63,468 nt of DNA, filler included, from Neolecta irregularis DAH-3 (GCA_001929475.1; 8 parts of 8 records of this genome joined end to end with filler, not necessarily neighbours in it); one strand, 5' to 3'; positions 38,730 to 52,473 are shown, counted from the whole stretch's first letter. The notes: generated by a model from the sequence alone, not told the origin. Made by a program: numbers and translations.

Positions 38730-39651
38730 ATGCATCCTGTCAAATTGCAGGAGAATGTGAACAAGGACAAAATCATTCCAACTATGATTTTTGGATATAC
38801 ACTAGGATTCGTCTACTTTGTGATATGGTCAATTTTCTTTTGGTCGTCTGCATGTTCTAATCCTATGCAGGAACACCTTTCGGCAATATCGACGAAGCAA
38901 CCGGATGAGTGTGTACATCTGGATGTGCACCGGTGAAATTATCTCATCCTTAGCTGCTGCCACTTTCTCCTGGCTTCGATTGTTAAGAGGCATTCCATTG
39001 AACCTTGGGCTTCTCATCGCGACCGCCATCATCTGGACCATCCAAACGCAGTTGCTGTTCCTCATCATGATAAACAGACTCAATCTCCTCTTATCCTTTA
39101 CAAATCCATCCCGCTATCAGCAAATTAAATATTCGACGTTGATCGTCTGCGGAATCATCAATTTATTAACATTTGGTCTTTGGGCGCCTACATATTATCG
39201 ATTAGTCCCGCAGCTTGTCTACGAAGTCTGGCAGCGCCTTTTTAAAGTCCTTATTGGCTTGCTCGACGCAGCATTGAATATTTATTTTATCCGTACGGTC
39301 AATCAGGAGCTTGTGGACTACGGGTTATCTCAGTACATTCCTCTAGCAAAATTCAACTTTCGAATCATGATTCTTTCTCTGAGCTTCGACGTCATTGTTG
39401 TAGCACTAACCTGGTTACCAAATCAATTTACATACAGCATGTGCAGACAATTTGTATTTCTAGCAAAATTGAATATCGAGCTTAGTATGAGCGATTTCAT
39501 CGTCAAAATTATGAAGAATGGCAGGCAGCGAATGGATTATACGTCGAACAGTAGACGCCATGCGATCACCGACTCTAGAGATGATGATGGGATTTCTGTA
39601 CTGATGGGGAGGGCTCCAGATTCCGACGTTGTAAGTTTTGGAACTTCTTAA
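38730..39651 (+). CDS. Multi-pass (about 7 TM) fungal integral membrane protein, GPCR-like topology
   Basis: One intron joins 38730-38828 to the 248-aa ORF; alternating hydrophobic helices and a hydrophilic C-terminal tail. Confidence 0.75.
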
Positions 39652-40766
39652 TGCTATTTTCTTTTCTTTATTTATTGTTTTTAGGATCCCGAATAATGCC
39701 TCTGTTATTTATTTGTCAATATTTTTGGGTATAATTTCAAGAACTGAGTTCTCTTCTCTTGACCCAACTATAATTATTATGGCGAAATAATTCTACTGAT
39801 CCTCTTGCAGAATCAACAATTACAAGAGGGAAGAATGTCAATAGGAGGATGACTATGAGTACTCGTGGGAAAGTTAATGAGCACATGTTTGTAAGCATTT
39901 GTTCTGTCCCACCTGTGGAATCGTCCCACCTGTGGAATCGCCCAGCCTCACCACCAAATCCACTNNNNNNNNNNNNNNNNNNNNNNNNNNNNNNNNNNNN
40001 NNNNNNNNTTAATTAATTAANNNNNNNNNNNNNNNNNNNNNNNNNNNNNNNNNNNNNNNNNNNNCAAAGGCGACGGGACACCCAACGCTTCCAATATTAT
40101 CCAAGGTTTTTGGAGGCGAAAAAGAATATCATAGTGGTTAGCGGAAATGCTCGAAATGATTAATTGCAAAGGAGGAGCTCTAAATAGTTAATAAATGTAT
40201 GAAGAAAATCTTTCGCGAAGCATATGACTGAGACAGTTCACTTTCATTCCTCGCCTCTTGAATCATGCCTCTGGTGCGTGGTGCGGTCTAATAAAGGCGC
40301 GTGTACCTTGGAAATTGTGTGAACCTTGGAAATAGTGTACTGATTACCGTAGGGTAGCTATGAATGTCGTACAAGAAGCTCTGAAGCTCTACAATGCGAC
40401 CTTTGTTGTTTACAATACAAACTATCGGAAAGAGATTTCAGATGTTTGGCAAAAGTCGGTAATTATCCCATTCTCAACCCAGGGTTAACAAATGGGACAG
40501 AAATGTTTTTAAGCACTTAAATAGCATTGCCATCTTCCATCAGGGTTCAAGCTGACTTGCGATTTCACCCTTGATTCTCAGTTCGTGTGAACCCTTTCCT
40601 CACGGATTCCCAATACACATTGTCAACTAGAGACACAAAATAAACTCAACCCCTATTAAAACTAGTCATAGATAGATGCCAAACTAGGACTATGTAAATG
40701 TAAAACCTCCCAATATCACTATGAATAAAGAATGCTAAATGCCAAGCGTAATACCCTTACAACTCC

Positions 40767-43455
40767 CTAGGCTAACCCAAAACCATCAACATTTTCCATC
40801 GCTAACGCAAGATATTTTTCTAATTTTTCATTAGAATCGTATTCAGGTAGGAGCAATCGGCTGAAACAAGTGTAACTGGTCGGCAAACGATCCTGACTGG
40901 TTCCATTTCTTTGAATAATGATACTCATTCCATCGAGCCCGTTGACTGGTAAACGATTGGATGCTGTGATGAATCTAAGCAGCCTTTGTTTCTCCTCAAA
41001 GTCGTATCGCATTACGATAGACCAGAAATGTCTGTTTAAATAAGCCATCAATGATGCAATGATAATCACTTACTGAATTAGAGGATGGTCAAGGGAAAAG
41101 CCATCTTCATACTTCACAATCTTTTGCAGTTCCATAATATCAATTTCATCGGTACCTTCCGCGACAACCAACATTTCGTCTGGCGTGAACAGAGAAATCG
41201 ATTTCTTATCCATGATCGTGAAAAATCCTTCCTCAAAAGCTTCGATTTGCTCTCGAACGGCGGTATACGAGACCCAACGTACATAATCCTGCACATATGA
41301 ATGACGATTCGCATTGGTAACCGCCATGTTGGGGTTTTTTCCAAGGGACGTAGATACAACCTTTCCCGCAAATTCATAGCTGAATTCGTATGTCCTTAGA
41401 AAGACGTCTTCCACATCGCCGTCATCCCATTGCAAGAGCATTTGTAAACCGGCCGCCAAAGTCTACTAGTTAATATTACAGAAATCATAAGCAAACACAC
41501 TGGATGTAATTCCACCAAGTCCTCGAATTCGACATTCAGACCGAGTAGTCGTTTCCAGATCATTTTGGGAAACTGTAGCGAAACCACAATGCCCTGATAC
41601 ATGGCCAGCCCTATGATAAGTCCGGCTAGAACGTAATATTTTCGTTCAACTCCTGAGCCCATTCGAAACCAGACTCGATGACTTTCATCGTCTTCTTCAA
41701 ACATGCCCCATTCGGGTCTTAAAAGCCCCTTCATCACATTGCCAAAAAAATCCTTGATAACTCCACCTTGATCAACAGCCATTTCTTCGTGATATTTCAC
41801 CCTCATTGGTGAAAGGAGCTCTGAGCGGTGACGAAATGCAAGCTGGGAGAATGCATCTTCAAGGAGATGATCGTGACGAATTGACAACCAGATATATGCC
41901 TGCATCTGTTTGCCCAAAATAGTGGTCAAGCGTGTACCGAGTTTATGGTTCATTCTGAAGGATTGTGTAATGGTAGCAGACACAGTGCAACTTTGCTCAT
42001 ATGCATCCATCATCAAAAAGAAATTTCGTTCGTGCAAAAGTGCATTTTTCGTGGGCATATTGAATATAAATGGAAAGTCGAGGATGTGAACCGTATTCGC
42101 ACGCGGGGTATGCCATGATTCCCAAAATTCGCGTGGAGCGGAAAGAACGCGAAAAGAGAGTATCGGACTTCGGAAAACATCAACGTCCACAGGGGTTTTC
42201 GATTCTTGGTTCGCAATATCTATTGGTTAAATTCGAACGGTCAAGAAAGACAAACATAGCAGTTTGAGCCAACGCAATGCTCCTGCAGAAACCTCAAAGA
42301 GACTAAAACGACCGGTTTCCATACCTGTTGTCTCATCGATCAGGCGGCGGCACAATCGAATTATTCCTCTTCTCCTCTCCATTGACAGGTTCAACAAGTC
42401 GTCCCCTAACACTTCCAACAATCGTTCGAGGCCCTGGGAAGGACTCAACGCAAGTGTTATTTCCTTTATAACGTTCTTGCCGATCGCTCGTTCCACTTTT
42501 CCACCAATAAAGATGGACAGACTGTTGATTAACAGTCTAGCGAACTGACTCGACGTGCACTGAATATCGCATTTGGCTTCACGAATGGAATGTTCAATGG
42601 ATCGCATGATCTCAGCTCCATGATATTGACATAGCCATCGCCAAAACCAATTCCATCGTGTGATATCTTCGCCAATGAATAACATGGACAATTCTTTATA
42701 TCGACTGAAGACCGAAATCATTGTATTGCTTATTAAAGTGACGTCAGACGAAAGCGTTATCGCGCACAAAACTTCGAGAATTTCATTGTTTAATGTCGAT
42801 ACAACGTAATGGGCATCTTGCTTTGCTCGTACGGCAGCTGTGAATGGTCTTGTTAATATTGACATACTCTTCATCGAACCCTTTAGATCCATTTTTGACG
42901 AAAACGAGTCACAATACGAATTGTGTACATTCATACCACTGAACAAGCTGAGGGCATCTGAACCAAGAAACCCTGTCGATTTTGCTGCGTTGAGGAAAGC
43001 GACCTTAGAAGCCAACGGATCCTGCGGTGATAAAATCAGGGATGAACAGGGCTGTTTGGATGTGTGGATTCGATCATATACCGGAGTCCTCGTAGAAAGT
43101 TCGGGGATATAGCATAGCTGCGCGTTTTCGATAGCAAGAACGCTGGCAAAAGGACGAGCTGCACTTGATTTCATCTGTTTTCGAAGTCCTCCTGTACTTT
43201 GTAAGAAACGAACATGATATGCTAGAGCACCTGAAGCACAGTAAGGATTATCACACTCGACATCGTCACAGCCAATAGTAAGCTGGTGGATATATCTGCG
43301 ATATCAGCGGCTAAGCTGTGGATACCACACCTGGTGGTTCTGGCTTCATAACTTGCCTTCCATTCTCCAAAGGACACAGCCGTATGTTCTACCAGAATCT
43401 GTCTGAGCAGCGGATGTTTACGCGCAAGCGCGATGGACGAACGATCAGACTGCAT
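40767..43455 (-). CDS. HECT E3 ubiquitin ligase with N-terminal AZUL zinc finger (UBE3A/HUL4-like)
   Basis: Spliced RYIHQLTIGCDDVECDNPYCAS; HECT motifs EMAVDQGGV.KDFF, LLRFITAS.RLP, RLPTSYTCFSRLLLPEY, GFGLA. Confidence 0.9.
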
Positions 43456-43751
43456 CAGCGCAGTGCTGGCCACAATAGCCGCGGGTGAAGTATCGGGTAG
43501 AACCGGGTGTCTATTTTTTAGTCGGCTTCAGTGCTCGGGCTACGTAATGTCTCTCAAAATCCACCTTATGCGATTGAAATTCACCGGATCTATCCGAATG
43601 AACATTTGGCGTATTTTCGGATATTATAGTCTAAACATCTGTACTATCTGCGTCGCATTCAAAGGATTGATATCTCCGGAATCCATGTTTATGTTCGTAT
43701 CCGCATTAATCTCACCTAGGGCACAAAATTGAGCACATTCCTCAATCCTAT

Positions 43752-44283
43752 TGATCTGATACACCTGGAAAACCGCGACACCTGGAAAATCTACCAGCCT
43801 CACACTAAACCCACCAGCCACACCACGCCCACCCCATAAGTTTTTTCAAATCCCCCCATCATGCCTGTTGCTGAGAATCATGATCCTTTGCTGCCACGCA
43901 ACCCAGTGGAGATATTTACCCAATCTTCTATCCAGGCATTCCAGTACTATCTTGAGAACCAATCAAAAAATGGGAAGATTCTTGATGAGATACGGATAAC
44001 CCAGTACTGCAACCTTCTCAAGTGGCCAAAGCAGCAAGTTGGTGATAAGAAGGTTCTAGGAGAAAAGAAGTACCACGAGCTGTATGGAATAAGAAATACC
44101 GCGCTTAAGAAATATTGTCTTATGAGAATTCAAATCTATTCCACAAAGCTCTTACATTTTGTTGATGGCTCAGTGGGGTAGTGGTGAAATGTATAATGGG
44201 CTCTTTTACAGGTGGCCAACTCTGGGTGCTGGTATGGCTGGTGGATTTTCCAGGTGTCGCGGTTTCCCAGGTGTATTAGAACA
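43752..44283. mobile_element. Non-autonomous Ginger-like DNA transposon with about 48-bp TIRs and 4-bp TSD (CTAT)
   Basis: CTAT|TGATCTGATACACCTGGAAAACCGCGACACCTGGAAAATC ... GATTTTCCAGGTGTCGCGGTTTCCCAGGTGTATTAGAACA|CTAT; internal 106-aa ORF 43861-44181. Confidence 0.8.
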
Positions 44284-45471
44284 CTATCATTGATGCAGAG
44301 GTATTCAGCAGGGTCTCCATTTAGATCCCAGATTGAACTTGAGCGGTTTGATGGGAACAACTAACATGTATGATCATTTATCTATAGGCGAAAGAATCTC
44401 GCAAAGTGCATGGAGTACTGATACAATGTCTAGCAAGGGGTGCAAAAATAAACCAAGGATAGAGCATGTCAAGCAGGCTGCAGTTGTAGAGTTTTTGAGG
44501 ATTCTGATGCGCCTTAGATAAAATGAAAAAGCAATTTTTAGATTCTTGGCTTGGATGGATAGAGCACTATCCAGAGTCTTACAAACGGGAGGCTACAGGA
44601 CTAATTGGAAAACAGAAACAGCTACGTCAATTATGAGAAACAGACAGGGACCAAAGAAAAGTAAAAGGAAAGACACCCTGTAAATATGCTCCAAAATATT
44701 ATGTGAATTTTCCTTCGTGCGGCGAGTTCATTTCTTTTTTCTGGCGATCAGCATGTGTAGCATCACTAGTTGGAGCTGGCGTTAGTCTTTTTGAACATCC
44801 CACTGTATTGAGGCAAATGAATTAAGGAGTAGGTCTGGGGAATGGTGTTTTCTTGTCTGATCTATGTTTTTTCTGCCATCAAACTGGGCAAAAAGTAAAA
44901 AGGGTAATAGAGACAGAAAAATTATGTGATCGACATCAAAATACAAGGTCTAAACCTTGTAAACCTGGCTTTCTTTGGAGCGGCTACCTAAAGGCTAACC
45001 CACGAGTTTAGATCTTGCTTCCATGTCGAAATTTCCAAGAAATGAAAGGGAAAGTGGATTAAGAAAAGAGATGCTTTGTATGGATTGTTTCAGATATATC
45101 GCCCTCCATTCATCCTCCCCACCCTCTAATACCTATGGTACGAAAGAATAAGGACAGAAGAAGCGGAAGCGACAAAAATATACGAGAAAACACGAATATT
45201 TTGCTGGCGTAGAAGCCGAAAGTAGCGTTTGAGCGCATACCAGCCCGCTCGGATAGAAGTCGCACCAAACCCCTGTTGCAGTTGATCAAACTCATCGCTC
45301 GACCCCTTCTTCGGTGCCGTCACCACACTCTTTTTTCATTGTCTAGCCCAGTCCTGCAGCGCTCTCTTTATAATCATCATCCGGTTTCAATATAACTCTT
45401 CCTGTTGTGGCCCGATATAATCATTACCTTCGGAGTATCAATTGGAGCGATTTCGGCAGGACCGATTCGTG

Positions 45472-47056
45472 ATGGCTCCTAAATGGAAAAAGGAAATTCG
45501 GACAGATCACAAGTTTGATTGTACGTATACCCCTGGTCAATAATTTGCATCTAACATTTCCAGATGTCGAGCTGAGCGATTTCAGAAAAAACTCGCTATT
45601 CGCTTATGCTGGCTATGCATGGGTCCATATTCAAATACTCAAGTCCTGCGCGATATATTGTTCAGAGCTTTGGACGGCTATCTCACTTCTTGCATTCAAC
45701 AAATGGAACTCGAGCGTTCAGCCCAAGATTCCCTTTGCGATATCAAAATGGATCTTCTCCGGATGTATCATATTTTCATATCTCTTGTTGATAAGGGATC
45801 TGTGGATTTGCAGAAAGATTCTAAAGTCGCGAGACATTGCGACTGCATATTTCAACATCAATGGTACTACTCCCCGGTTTCATCAATTCAATATTGACCA
45901 ATAATCAGTCCAACGGACATACTGTGTTCGGGACTACAATTACTATTGTCTATTCGAAAAACTTACTGAATCAAAAAAGAAAAAAGACGACTTTGCATTC
46001 TTTGTCCTTTTCACATTCAAAGGATGGAAGCGATTGATTTTGGCTGAAGGGCCTCGTCAATTGATAAATGGATTTACCATCTATTCGATCCTCAAAGTCA
46101 AGAATTTTAGTTACGATATCCAAGACTATGCCGGAGGAACGTTGCAAAATATGATACTACTGTCAATAGTATTTTCGGCTACTATGTGGTTTTTCTCTGC
46201 AATACAATTGGTTTTGGCTGCGTTCCTTTACGTCCCACTGATCACCTTTATTCGAGGCAACTTGAAAGAGTACTGCTGTGTTAAGGTCGACAAACGGTTG
46301 GCTCTAGTCTTCATCATTCGCTGATTATCAAGACTGTCCAAGCTAATGGCTCATTATCGTCAGAAGAGACTTATCAAGGACGCAAAAAAGAAAGGGTCAA
46401 AGGCACCAAAACCTACACTACCGAATATTAGGGATATTGAGCTCGATTCTACATCAATTTTTCACTATGGGATCAGTGATACTGCTAGTATTTCTTCTCG
46501 GCAAGGACTAGTACCCGAGCAAGACAACTTTTCTCAATCAAATGTTAGCATTAATCGAATACGAGGACCAAGTCATCCTCATGTCCAAAGGAGTATGACA
46601 AACACGTCGTCATCATCCTCAGTATTTCAAGTGTCTCCACTTCTTCCAGGTTCACCACCCCGCGCCTATACAGTCCAGGAACAATATCGACCTTCTCCAG
46701 CTCCACAAAGACATTTCAGCGAGAATCGAAATCCAAGTGCAACTCAGCAGTCATACCCAGTTGCAGGCTATAGGCCGGGACCGCCCTCAAGAGCTCAAAC
46801 TTTCAATCAAAGTTCTCAGTTGCCGATGCTAGCACCGCGCCAAATGGGCCCGCAAAACGGATATTTCTATCAACCTCAACATTCAACCTACAATAAACCC
46901 CCACCAGTTCCCATGACTATTCCTGTGAGAATGCAACCACCGTATCGCTCACGAACGGCACCTCCACACTTAGATTGTGTTACGCGGCCTCAACCGCGGA
47001 GAAACATACATGAGCCTATACGACCATATGGGTACAATCAATCGCAATACCGGTAA
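45472..47056 (+). CDS. KCH-family (Kch1/Prm6-like) low-affinity K+ transporter
   Basis: HKFDYVELSDF, WTAISLLAFNKW, ISKWIFSGCIIFS, FTFKGWKRLILAEGPRQLING, LKEYCC.KVDKR; P/Q-rich tail. Confidence 0.88.
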
Positions 47057-47590
47057 AATTTGCTACTTTCCCATGCTTCTCGTTTTTTGTACACATTCGT
47101 TTCTGCTATCAAATTGGGGGTGTTATTGGTATCGGTTTTGTTTCCGGAGGCTCTTTTGTAAATATAGATCCCGTATGTTTTTTTATAATTTTTCAAAGCT
47201 CCCCGTGAACAGATTATATCTAGAGACTATGTTCTCCAAGATAGGCTTCAGCAAATGTGTCTGAAAGCGAGTATTAGTGAGAGATGTTTTCCCTCAACCA
47301 TCATGATGTCAACTGTTTGAGGCCGATATTCCACTTACCATGATCGGGGACAGTAATCAACGGATGGCCTTCAGTGTGGCAGTCACATCTCCGAGATCTC
47401 CTGCAAGATGTAGATGCCGCTGATAACAATATAACTGCAACGCTAATATAGCTTGATGCATCCTAGCTTGGGATTTGGGTTGAATGTCCCTTCAGGAGTT
47501 TACCTAATTTTAAATTTGTAGCAAAGGACATAGAACAAACATTGGGTGCCTAGTTTGTGTAAACCAAAGAAGTCTCCTTGACTCATTGGA

Positions 47591-47674
47591 GGGGCTATGG
47601 CGCAACGGTAGCGCTTTCGACTCCAGTATCGTCCGGACATCGAAGGGTTGTTGGTTCAAATCCTGCTGGCCTCA
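47591..47674 (+). tRNA. tRNA-Trp(CCA) with 12-nt intron (47627-47638)
   Basis: Acceptor GGGGCTA/TGGCCTC, D-arm GCGC/GCGC, anticodon stem TTCGA/TCGAA with CCA at 47623-47625, TTCAAAT loop, T6 terminator directly after. Confidence 0.93.
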
Positions 47675-47898
47675 TTTTTTCATGGATGTTGGGATAGAAT
47701 TTTGAAACCCGACAATCGTTTCATAACTTTTGCAATTTTAAAAAATATCCTTGCAGATCAAGGTAGAAAGAAGATAGTCCTCCAATAATTTGATAACTCA
47801 TTAATTTACCTTTCAACAATAGGGAAGTGGGTTAGCTAACCTTCTAAAATGAGGCCAACAGGGCATATCAAACCGTATCAGTGCTTACAGCTATATCA

Positions 47899-48371
47899 AT
47901 GTCATCACCAGCAGCATCTACTCCCTCTAAGAAATCTCGGAAATGTACAAATTGCCGCACTGAAGGTCATACACGGAATTACTGTCCTCGAGCAACACTA
48001 GCTTCTACGAAGGTAATTCCACCCCTTGCCTGTCTACACAAACATCGAGAACGAGGCAACTGAATCAAAAATCGAACCTGCAAAGGATTTATCATTGCTT
48101 TCTACGCAAGAGAGGTTCCACGCACCAGTAATTGAAGGAGGAAAAGCTGTATGGAATAGGGATAGTTGTATATGCTTATTTCAAACAGGATATTATGGCT
48201 GATCATGCTTTGTATATGGCATCGCTTCATTCAAACGTTATTCTAACATCAGCGCTCGAATTCTATCTCTCCGATGCCGTCTCTCAGTCTCAGAGAAGAA
48301 AATATCGAAATTGGTATTGCCTTTCTTCTTGCTACCAATTCGGACCTATTCTCGGCTTGGGAATTCGCTAG
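47899..48371 (+). pseudogene. Degenerate zinc-knuckle (CX2CX4HX4C) coding relic
   Basis: RKCTNCRTEGHTRNYCP followed by stops and fragmentary ORFs. Confidence 0.45.
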
Positions 48372-48813
48372 AAGTATAGGCTCAAAAGAGATACAAATCC
48401 AGTGTGAATATCGTGAATGCGTGCTCTAATTAGAAGATGCCAGCGAGAAATTCGAAACAACTTGGTACTTATTGAACGATTTGGATATTTTCAGTGTATT
48501 CAGGCGGGACCTTCAGTGAATGGAGTACCACATCAACAACGGTGATTTGACTGGGTATTCACGGATTATGTTTCGATGGTATGGGGCTCGGGCGTTTCAT
48601 CGGGTTACTACTTGCTTTTATAACAGCGCTATACTCTATTTCAGTATATTCAAAAGATATTTTATAAAGATATAGAGAAAATTGCGATTAGATTAAGCAT
48701 ATATGCTACTGGTAATAATTGAGATCTAACTGTCACAGAGGGATTTCGACGAATCAGTGCAAGTGAGAAAATATGTGTGACTCGTAATTACCCGGATTCC
48801 CACCGACTCCATT

Positions 48814-50843
48814 ATGGCCGATTCCGCTGAGATAACCGAGATCACTCAGCCAAGACAAGTCAATGTTTCTGATCAAGTGGTCGAGGGAGTTGCAAAGCTT
48901 TATCTGGATGAACCATCTGGGGAAATGGTCTCCAAGAGGTATAAATTGCGATTTCATACCTCAAGAGCTCAACGTCGCTAGCGAATTGAAGAAACGAGAA
49001 AAGAAGAGAGCTTCTGATGCCAAAAAGGTCACGTTCTATAGCTGACACAAATGCTAATCCAATGTAGAAAGAAAAATCAATAAATGCCCTAGCGAAACCG
49101 ACATCTCAGAACTCTGTGCTTGATGAAGAGGGTCTCACACCATCGGTAGATGCCATGACAAGCCTTCAGAAACTAATCAACTTTAGCAATATTTTGAATA
49201 TCGTTCAAAAATCATTTCCAAGCTCCGGGAAACCAAAAATCCGGATCCATATCCCCATAAATTTCACACAAACACGACAATCTCCAAATTTAACAGAGAG
49301 TATGAATCCATCACTACAGGAGAAAAAAAAGAAGATATTGAGATCAGAGTTGCGGGGCGTGTCCATAATATCCGATCGGCAGGAGCCAAACTTCGGTTTT
49401 TGGATTTACATGGTGAAGGAACATTTGTTCAAGTCATGAGTCAAGCACAGTATATCCCTCTTTTTGTCCTCAGAATTCACCCATCTAGGGACTATACAGG
49501 GAATTATGCCGCTATGCACGAAATTATCGCCCGTGGAGATATTATCGCAGTGGTTGGCTACCCAGGTCGAACTGCGCCGAAAGGCCGGACAACAGGTGAG
49601 CTTTCAATCTTTGCACGACAAATCATTCTGCTTTCGCCAAATCTCCACTTATTACCGAAATCAAATCCTGGCTTTAAAGATCAAGAGTCTCGATATCGAC
49701 AGCGATATCTAGATCTGATAATGAACAACTCTACCAGAAATAAATTTCTGGTCAGAAGTCAGATCGTTCGATTTATGAGGAATTATTTTGACTCACTGGG
49801 TTTTATTGAAGTTGAGACACCAATGATGAACATGATCGCTGGAGGAGCGACAGCAAAACCGTTCGTCACTCATCACAATGACCTCAACATGGATTTATTC
49901 ATGAGAGTTGCACCCGAGTTATACTTGAAGATGCTCGTCGTCGGGGGACTAGAGAAAGTGTATGAAATCGGTCGACAGTTCAGGAACGAGGGAATTGATA
50001 TGACTCATAATCCCGAATTCACGACGTGCGAGTTTTATTGGGCCTATGCAGATGTTTACGATGTAATGGATCTCACTGAAGATCTGATTACAAAAATGGT
50101 GCATCAGATCACCGGGAGAACTCGAGTGAAATATGGAGACCTGGAAATTGATTTTGCGAGACCTTGGAGACGAATTGACATGATTGAGGAACTTGAAAAG
50201 GCAACGGGAAATAAATTTCCACCCGGGGATCAACTTCACACAGCTGAAACCAATGAATTCCTCCGAAAAATTTGCAAAGAAAACAGCATCGAATGTACAC
50301 CGCCGCTCACAAATCCTCGACTCTTCGATAAAGTAAGGTGTTCCTTCGAATAGAAGACTAACTGGTGAAGCTCGTTGGTCATTACCTCGAATCTCAATGC
50401 TTAAACCCAACTTTCATCGTCGGCCATCCTCAGATGATGTCCCCACTAGCCAAATACCACCGCTCTAAATGTGGTCTGTGTGAACGATTCGAGACTTTTG
50501 TTGCTTTCAAGGAAATCTGCAATGCATACACGGAACTTAATGATCCATTTGATCAACGATTGCGCTTCGAAGAACAGGCTAGACAAAAGGATCAGGGTGA
50601 CGACGAAGCACAAATGGTCGATGAGACTTTCTGTACGGCTTTGGAATATGGCCTTCCTCCTACGGGTAGAATTCTACTTTGATCGAAAGGCTAACTAAAG
50701 GTGGTTGGGGAATGGGGATCGATCGAATGTGTATGTTTTTGACGGATAGCGCCAATATCAAAGAAGTTCTTTTATTCCCCGCCATGAAACCTTTCCAAGA
50801 ACTTGAAAAGCTAGCGGCGGAAGTTGTTCCGCAGATCTTATGA
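48814..50843 (+). CDS. KRS1: Cytosolic lysyl-tRNA synthetase
   Basis: [83 protein letters not shown]. Confidence 0.97.
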
Positions 50844-50967
50844 AGAGTGAACAAGCTGGAGGATTGCAAAAGTACCTGCCGGCCTTGACTTTGTAATTGA
50901 ACTCGCGAATACAAATTGTCGCCCATTGATCGTAGATATCGTATGAAATGACATTGCATTATTTGCT

Positions 50968-52351
50968 CTACATGATAACTTCGCAACTGACATCCCTTCT
51001 AATTTCTTTATGAGGAAGGACTAAAACATTTTGACAACGAATTTCATCTCCTACAACGACATCCTTTGCCAAAATGGTGATACTTTGGACTTTTGTACCT
51101 TGTTTAATGACTGTCGTGTCATGCTGACTTGCTAAAGTTGGGGTCCCCTCAATTCGTGACCACGCTCCAATCTTGCAACATTCAGAAAGAATGGAATGGA
51201 GAATACATGAATCATGCTTTCGGGTTAGCATTATATCAATATAGGAGATTGCCTTTATTTCTGTTCCATCGAGAATGATAGCATCCTTGATTCGAACTCC
51301 AGCGCCAACCTTTACATCTTGACCTATAGAGACATTTGGTCCAATTTTTGCACTCGGATCAACCGTAGCGCTTGGATGTATATAGACCGGCTCAACGATT
51401 TCCGGACCTCCTTCCTTTGGTTTTGTAAGCAGGCAGTCGTTACTTGGGCTTTGCAAAGATCGTTGGAGATATAATGCATTTGCTGGGACTGCAGAACTAT
51501 ATCATAAGGGCGGTGTGAGGCGCTAGTATACCTGGCGGATTTGATCTGTCTCCAGAAATCTTTGGTTTCGTAGACAAATAGCCGCTTACCTTCTGCCAAA
51601 GGAGCCAAAATATCCTGCTCCAGTCTCAATTTATCATCTACGTTGTCGTCCAACGGGTTCTTGGTCTCTTCCTTTTTGTCCATTGCCTTCTTGATTTCGG
51701 CAAAAATAGAGGAGTCAAACACGTAAACACCACAATTGATCATGCTGGAAATGTAACTTTCTGGTTTCTCGACGTAGTGGAGTATCTCGTGTGTTATAGG
51801 GTCAGAGACGATACAGCCAAAGGAGGCAGCAGATTCTGGCGAGACTTTTGTGCCAAGAACAGTACCGACCGCTTTTCGTTCCTGGTGGAGTTTGATCATG
51901 GACTTGAGGGGGAAAGAACAGCACACATCAGCATGAAGTACGAATATGTGTTTTGGAGATGATTTGAGGATAGCGTCTCGGAAGAGATACAAACCTCCCG
52001 CAGTTCCGAGAGCCTGGTATTCGCGAAGGTATCTCGAGGAGTCAGAAAGGAGGCGGGAGCGGGAATACCTGATAGTCATAGCTGTGAATTCTGCGGACGC
52101 AGCGCGAATGAAGTCGCGAAAGACAGCTTCCTCATAGAAGCCGATCAACAAAACATCGACTACGCTTGGAAGCTTGGACAGTGCGCGTAAATGGTGCCAG
52201 ATCATGCAATGGCCGGCGACAGGAAACAGGGGCTGCGTCGTCAATACGCGCGTCAAGCAGGTGCACGCACCTTGGGAATATCCATTGACAGCGGCCGGAA
52301 GCGCGTACCTCTGCTGGGCCCGCCAACAAGAAGAATTGCAGTGCTAGTCAT
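50968..52351 (-). CDS. Mannose-1-phosphate guanylyltransferase, GMPPA/Mpg2-type subunit
   Basis: [66 protein letters not shown]. Confidence 0.93.
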
Positions 52352-52473
52352 GGTGGAGTGCGGAGGGAGAAGGAGAGCAGTGTTGGATTGGGTGTGGTGG
52401 TTGTCTTTTTTGACTCGTAGCACACTTCCAGCCAGAAGTCCCTTATTATCTCAAGCAGTGTATTACTCACCAA

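Noticed and set aside
40300-40351. Single TIR-like end with doubled CCTTGGAAAT
   Set aside because: No partner end in the window, so no element can be defined
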